A model generated the notes under the pieces. The model saw nothing but the letters and a program-made list of their open reading frames with translations, did no database searches and was not told the DNA's origin. Of a DNA stretch of 64,000 nucleotides, positions 59,494-64,000 are shown in pieces (positions within the stretch are counted from its first letter, which is position 1; the number at the start of each line of letters is the position of its first letter). Location: NCBI GenBank assembly GCA_020832905.1, contig JAJHRG010000001.1, positions 564,940 through 628,939 on the forward strand. Direction: 5' to 3'. The DNA comes from Thermoproteota archaeon. GTDB lineage: Archaea > Thermoproteota > Methanomethylicia > Methanomethylicales > Methanomethylicaceae. The position numbers were made by a program, and so were the translations under genes.

Positions 59494-60126
59494 TTGAGTT
59501 GGAAAGCATTTGATACCTATGCAAAAGAATATGATGTATGGTATAAAGAAAATAAAGAAATTTTAGAATCAGAATGTAAGCTTATTAAATCATTAGATCT
59601 AAAAGGATTTGGTATAGATATTGGTGTAGGAACTGGTATATTTGCACCTTTTTCAAATGTATCAATTGGTATTGATCCTGCAATTAATATGCTTAAAATA
59701 GCAAAAAGTAAGGGAATAGAAGTTATTAGAGCAAGTGGAGAATTTATACCATTTAGAGAAAAAGTATTTGATTTTGCAATAATGATTGCTACTCTTTGCT
59801 TCCTTGAAAGACCAAGAGAAGTTTTAAAAGAAATTCATAGAATTTTAAAAGATAATGGTATTTTTGTAGCATGTATATTACCAAGAAATTCAAAATGGGG
59901 AAAACTTTATGAGAAAAAGAAGTTAGAAGGTCATAGATTATATAAGTTTGCTCATTTCTATACTGTTGAAGAAGCATGCTCTCTTATAAATGAGATGGGA
60001 TTCAAGGTTGTAATGATAAGATCTACTTTACGTCAACCTCCAGGAGCCTTTCTTCATGTAGAAGAACCAGAAGATGGTTTTAAAGATCATGGATTTTCAT
60101 GTATAAAAGCTATTAAATCTAAATGA
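59494..60126 (+). CDS. class I SAM-dependent methyltransferase
   Basis: Motif I GIDIGVGTGIF, motif post-II FDFAIM, 210 aa. Confidence 0.8.
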   Translation: MSWKAFDTYAKEYDVWYKENKEILESECKLIKSLDLKGFGIDIGVGTGIFAPFSNVSIGIDPAINMLKIAKSKGIEVIRASGEFIPFREKVFDFAIMIATLCFLERPREVLKEIHRILKDNGIFVACILPRNSKWGKLYEKKKLEGHRLYKFAHFYTVEEACSLINEMGFKVVMIRSTLRQPPGAFLHVEEPEDGFKDHGFSCIKAIKSK

Positions 60127-60172
60127 CAAAATTCTTATTTTTATATTAATTATTAGCTTTTTATTTTTTAAG

Positions 60173-60514
60173 TCATTTTACTTCTACTATTTTCTTCATT
60201 TTTCCTTCTTCTTCAGCTATTTTTAAAGATAACTTCATTTCAAATTCAATGAGCATTTTAACCATTGGATTTTCTAAGTTTATTTTATATAATGTAGCTC
60301 TTCCTATCTTCCTAGATGGGATTACTAAGCCTAAATCGATAAGATCTTTAAAATTTTTATAAAAAGTAACCTTGCTCATACCTAATGCTTCAATTATTTC
60401 TTTCTTTGTAAAATCATTTAATTTATAATCTAGTAAAAAATCTAAAATTCTAAGCTTAGGAGATTTTCCAAAGGCCTTAATTAACATTGAATCATATTCA
60501 TTAGTCATATTCAT
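60173..60514 (-). CDS. winged-helix transcriptional regulator
   Basis: PKLRILDFLL...FTKKEIIEALGMSKVTFYKNFKDLIDLGLV. The start is taken at MNMTNEYD, because the track's longer N-terminus runs into TATA-like sequence. Confidence 0.6.
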   Translation of the reverse strand: MNMTNEYDSMLIKAFGKSPKLRILDFLLDYKLNDFTKKEIIEALGMSKVTFYKNFKDLIDLGLVIPSRKIGRATLYKINLENPMVKMLIEFEMKLSLKIAEEEGKMKKIVEVK

Positions 60515-60617
60515 TATCAATCTATCTCGCTCTATATATACATATATACACAAACAAATATATCTACAAAAGGTATATATATATATTTAACCGTCTAGAG
60601 GTATTATAAGTGTACTT

Positions 60618-60893
60618 ATGAAAAAAGAATATGAAGATTTTGAACTTAAAGCTTTAATCCTAGACTGGTTACATAGACGTGGAAGATGGGGATCACATTA
60701 CTTTCCTATTGATAGTCTAGTGAATAGACTTTCACACGTCGTTAAGAATGATGGAAAGAAAATAAAAAAGATTATAAAGGAGCTTATAGGGGATGGCTAT
60801 TTACTAGTGCATAAAAAGGGAGAAGTCATATCACTTAATCCCACAAAATCAAGAGAAATAATAGAGTATATCAAAAATAGTTTTAAAATTTAA
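60618..60893 (+). CDS. hypothetical small protein (wHTH-like)
   Basis: 91-aa ORF divergent from the regulator. Confidence 0.4.
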   Translation: MKKEYEDFELKALILDWLHRRGRWGSHYFPIDSLVNRLSHVVKNDGKKIKKIIKELIGDGYLLVHKKGEVISLNPTKSREIIEYIKNSFKI

Positions 60894-61009
60894 GAATTGG
60901 ATACCTTTAATCAAGGGTAAAATTAACACTTAATAGTATATTAAATAATTAGAAGTTAATGAATATCATAAGAACTATAAGTAATTAAAACAATATTTCT
61001 TATAAGATA

Positions 61010-61729
61010 TTAAATCTTTGAAAGAATTTTTGAATATTTCTCTATTCTCATTGCTTTTCCCTCATATTGGATAAACCATGTCATAAAACAAAGCTCAATT
61101 GGTCTATAGCCGCATGATAATGCTATTTCTTCAGTTTTTCTAATAAACTCTATATCATTATTTATTGGTTTTAATCCTGCTTTAATTAAAATTTCATTTA
61201 TTACTCTTTTGACAATTTTATCTGGCATAATAGTATCAATACCACCCATCATTCTCAAGTACTGAAAAGTTACTAATCCAACACCTTTAATTCTTCCAAT
61301 AGGATCTTCTTCCCAATTTTCAATCTTAGCATTTTTAGCCCATGTTCTTAGTGCTATTTTATCATTTTCATTTATTGATGAAAGATAAGAAGAAATTTCC
61401 TTAGCAATAATCCATGATCTTTTATTTTTCCATACTTTTCTTAATTCATCAATATTAGCATTTGCAAGATCCTTTAAATTTCTTATTTTTCCACTTTCAA
61501 TAAATTTCTTATTAAATTCTTCAACTTTTGGAATAATAACTGTAAAGTAATTTAATCCAATTGATGTAAATGCAGCATCAACAATCATTAAGACAACATT
61601 TCCTCCATATCTTTCAGTTCTAAGACATTTTTCACAATATTCTTTTAATCTAGGAACTTTTTTCATATAATTATCAATAATTTCTTTTAATGATATCACT
61701 TTCATCATTGGAAATATCCTAAGACCCAA
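61010..61729 (-). CDS. hypothetical protein with helix-hairpin-helix-like motif
   Basis: The IKGVGLVTFQYLRMMGG block resembles an HhH-GPD-type hairpin. 239 aa. Family not established. Confidence 0.35.
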   Translation of the reverse strand: MGLRIFPMMKVISLKEIIDNYMKKVPRLKEYCEKCLRTERYGGNVVLMIVDAAFTSIGLNYFTVIIPKVEEFNKKFIESGKIRNLKDLANANIDELRKVWKNKRSWIIAKEISSYLSSINENDKIALRTWAKNAKIENWEEDPIGRIKGVGLVTFQYLRMMGGIDTIMPDKIVKRVINEILIKAGLKPINNDIEFIRKTEEIALSCGYRPIELCFMTWFIQYEGKAMRIEKYSKILSKI

Positions 61730-61841
61730 AGGTCTTCATCACATATCAGACTAATAATAAAATTAGGAAGGTCATTTATAAATCTTAATTTTTACTATTT
61801 TCGAAGAATTTTAATACTTGCTCTACTTTATAATAATTGCA

Positions 61842-61896
61842 ATGATTGAACCGGGGAAAATGTGATTGATGAGCAAAGCGCTTGCCCCCAACTGAG
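61842..61896 (+). ncRNA. candidate C/D-box-like sRNA in a GC-rich intergenic island
   Basis: AUGAUUGA (C-like), a 12-nt spacer ACCGGGGAAAAU, GUGA (D'-like), UGAUGA (C'), GC-rich spacer, then CUGA (D). The second spacer is ~18 nt rather than 12, so the fit is imperfect. Confidence 0.3.
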
Positions 61897-61962
61897 CATT
61901 TTTAAAGCTTTTACTAATCTTTAAATATCCTTAATACATAGAAATCCTATTGGGGATATTCT

Positions 61963-62151
61963 ATGTCTGAAGTAGAAAAAGTAAAAGAAGTTTTAAAACA
62001 AAATCCTCAAGGACTTTCTTCAACTAAAATAGCAGAACTAGCAGGTATAAGCAGAGGAAAAGTAACTAAAGTATTACAGGAATTAGAAAGTAGTGGAGAA
62101 GTAATAGTTGAAACAAAAGGATGTAGAAAAATCTATAAGCCAAAAGCTTAA
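61963..62151 (+). CDS. small winged-helix DNA-binding protein
   Basis: 62 aa. LSSTKIAELAGISRGKVTKVLQELESSGEV is an HTH. Confidence 0.6.
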   Translation: MSEVEKVKEVLKQNPQGLSSTKIAELAGISRGKVTKVLQELESSGEVIVETKGCRKIYKPKA

Positions 62152-62182
62152 CTTTTTATTATTATTTTTTTATTAAGCAATT

Positions 62183-62899
62183 TTATTTTTGATGTTTAAA
62201 AACACATACTTTTATTTCATTTTTAATAGAATATTGTAGTAGAATTAATGTAGTAATTAATAATAGTATTGGAGCAATTAAAAATGCAACATGATAACTA
62301 TTAAATCTTTCAATTATGGCTCCAAATATTATAGGACCACTTAGATTTCCTATATCCATGCCCATTATGTATATACTTAAAAGAAAACCTCTGTTATGAG
62401 CTGGTGCTTTAGCTAAAGCAAGAGTTTGAGATGCAGGAATATATATTCCAACACCTATGCCAAATATTAATGATGCTATATAAAGAAGTTGTGGTACTTC
62501 AAAAATATATATGGCAAAGAAAGATATTGATATAATAAAGAGACCGATAGTTGTTGTTAAATATGGTCTAATATCTGATAATCTTCCAGCGAATACTCTA
62601 ATAATTATGCTTACTATAGCTTGAATTGCAATGAACATTCCTATTTCTAAATCTCCATAATTTTTAATTTTTAAATAAGCTGATAAAAATGTTAATAATC
62701 TCATCCATGCAGTTGAGTATATTATAAGAGTTATTAGAGCTAAGAGAAAATGTTGTTCTTTTAATCCCATTAAATAATTACTAGACTTAGGAGTTTGTTG
62801 ATGTGGGCATTCTTTACATGAGATTATAATTGGTATTATAGAAGGTAATAATAATGATGTAATCATAAATGTATTATTATATCCTAAAACTTCAGCCAT
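62183..62899 (-). CDS. MFS transporter, N-terminally truncated (about 8 TM; possible pseudogene)
   Basis: Contains the MFS C-terminal half, including GRLSDR-like AGRLSDIRP. The in-frame sequence upstream (to 62950) encodes GVGFSLGPSLGG (TM5/6-like) and then hits a stop. TM1-4 are absent. Confidence 0.55.
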   Translation of the reverse strand: MAEVLGYNNTFMITSLLLPSIIPIIISCKECPHQQTPKSSNYLMGLKEQHFLLALITLIIYSTAWMRLLTFLSAYLKIKNYGDLEIGMFIAIQAIVSIIIRVFAGRLSDIRPYLTTTIGLFIISISFFAIYIFEVPQLLYIASLIFGIGVGIYIPASQTLALAKAPAHNRGFLLSIYIMGMDIGNLSGPIIFGAIIERFNSYHVAFLIAPILLLITTLILLQYSIKNEIKVCVFKHQK

Positions 62900-63014
62900 A
62901 AATCCTCCTAGACTAGGTCCTAATGAAAATCCAACTCCTATTGTTAAAAATCATTTTTTCTCATTTGAAAATCTTTTATAAACTATATTTTCTGATTAAA
63001 TAATAGAGATTATT

Positions 63015-63650
63015 ATGAGTAATGAATTAGAAAATAAACTTAAAGCTTTTGGTATAGGAAGATTTCAAGTTATGGCTTTATTACAAGCTGCTAGATATTA
63101 TAAAATTCATAAGGATTTAGAAAAAGCAAAAAGTTTTGGACTTAATAGAGCTATTTTCTATGCATGGGCTAAACATTATGGACCTAGAAAATCAAAAATA
63201 CCAAATAATATATTAAAAGAACTTGAAGAAATAAAAAAATTAGATGAAATTAAACAAAGTGAAAAACTTAAGGATTATAAAGAAGTTCTTGGTGAATATG
63301 TTAAAATTTCTCCAAGTGGATTATTTATATTTGGAGGTATTGAGCAATCTCCAAGTGATTATGATCATCAAGTTACAATGAAAATTGATAAGCTAATTAA
63401 TGCTGAAAAAGCATGGCAAGTAGCATTAAATTATATTTCAAAATTTCCTGAGTGGATTTTAAAAGATGCTAGTAAATTCTATAAATATGTTTATGAGCCA
63501 ATAAGAGATATATTTTTCATGGAGCTTTTAAATAAAGGGACTGTAGAACCAAAAAAGGATATAATTGAGCGAATAAAATCATTAGAGATTATGCTTGAAA
63601 GAGCTAAGAAAACACAGAGGACTTTAATGGATTTTACACAAAATAAATAA
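63015..63650 (+). CDS. hypothetical protein
   Basis: 211-aa ORF. No motif recognised. Confidence 0.45.
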   Translation: MSNELENKLKAFGIGRFQVMALLQAARYYKIHKDLEKAKSFGLNRAIFYAWAKHYGPRKSKIPNNILKELEEIKKLDEIKQSEKLKDYKEVLGEYVKISPSGLFIFGGIEQSPSDYDHQVTMKIDKLINAEKAWQVALNYISKFPEWILKDASKFYKYVYEPIRDIFFMELLNKGTVEPKKDIIERIKSLEIMLERAKKTQRTLMDFTQNK

Positions 63651-63682
63651 TGATTTAAGTTTTGTAACTCTTACTGAAGTGA

Positions 63683-64000
63683 TTAATGTATTATATCATT
63701 AAGGCTTATTACTTGAATTAAATCTCTTGATTTCTTCATAAGTTCTTTATCTTCAGTTACTAGTATTAGCTTGTACTTTATTGCTAAAGCTATATATGAT
63801 GCATCATAGACCGTCATTTTTCTGCTTATTGCTAACTGAATAATATCATGTTCAAGTCCTTTTATATCAAGTATTATCATTTCATGAATTAAATCTAAGA
63901 AACTATTGACTAATGATAATACTTCATCAACTGTTAGTAAATGTAATAAAGTAAATTCCTTCCAAATAGCATTAAGAACTTCGTAGATTGTTAAATACTG
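63683..64000 (-). CDS. PIN-domain (VapC-like) protein, 5' end beyond window
   Basis: VYDASYIALAIKYKLILVTEDKEL is the C-terminal PIN block. The reading frame stays open upstream of the tracked ATG (63880) all the way to position 64000. Confidence 0.7.
   Translation of the reverse strand, partial: QYLTIYEVLNAIWKEFTLLHLLTVDEVLSLVNSFLDLIHEMIILDIKGLEHDIIQLAISRKMTVYDASYIALAIKYKLILVTEDKELMKKSRDLIQVISLNDIIH

Noticed and set aside
60514-60620. TA-dinucleotide-rich tract (ATATATACATATATACA ... TATATATATATAT) as a possible microsatellite or CRISPR-like repeat
   Set aside because: It is short, irregular and located exactly between two divergent genes. It is most simply explained as overlapping TATA boxes.
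1-64000. Search for CRISPR arrays, rRNA, tRNA, IS elements or integrases
   Set aside because: I saw no regularly spaced direct repeats, no ~75-nt GC-rich cloverleaf-like islands, no rRNA-like GC-rich stretches, and no transposase or integrase motifs.

Overview
This is a very AT-rich, gene-dense segment (roughly 30% GC by eye). About 75 ORFs are mostly short-spaced or overlapping, and many are preceded by a GAGGTGA-type Shine-Dalgarno. Gene content points to an archaeon: tungsten AOR plus polyferredoxin, a 2-oxoacid:ferredoxin oxidoreductase, a Clp1-like polynucleotide kinase, geranylgeranyl reductase, an AbrB-PhoU regulator, ThyX and a THUMP methyltransferase.

The core blocks are:
- an OFOR operon (8.2-11.4 kb)
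- thyX and trkA/trkH (12.5-15.4 kb)
- AOR plus ferredoxin (18.1-20.4 kb)
- a branched-chain amino-acid block with ilvB-ilvN-ilvC and two HMGL-type synthases (20.5-27.4 kb)
- a complete pstSCAB-phoU locus with a divergent AbrB-PhoU regulator (41.9-47.4 kb)

I saw no rRNA, tRNA, CRISPR array or transposase.

The most unusual content is at 4.66-7.76 kb. Two adjacent paralogs of the Pup-ligase/deamidase (PafA/Dop) family are followed, with an ATGA overlap and its own SD, by an untracked 31-codon ORF ending in Gly-Glu. This is a pupylation-like cassette in an archaeal context.

Other notable items:
- a stand-alone Cdc48-N-like small protein heading the OFOR operon
- a 904-aa AAA-AAA-Lon fusion coupled to a membrane protein
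- a secreted protein, NapH-like polyferredoxin and Cys-rich mini-protein trio
- homopolymer-associated frameshifts (pstC and a purM-like gene)
- gene remnants (ArsB/NhaD fragment, truncated MFS)
- a HEPN/MNT pair and an edge-truncated PIN gene
- two GC-enriched intergenic islands that may be small RNAs

All functional calls rest on motif recognition by eye. No searches were run.
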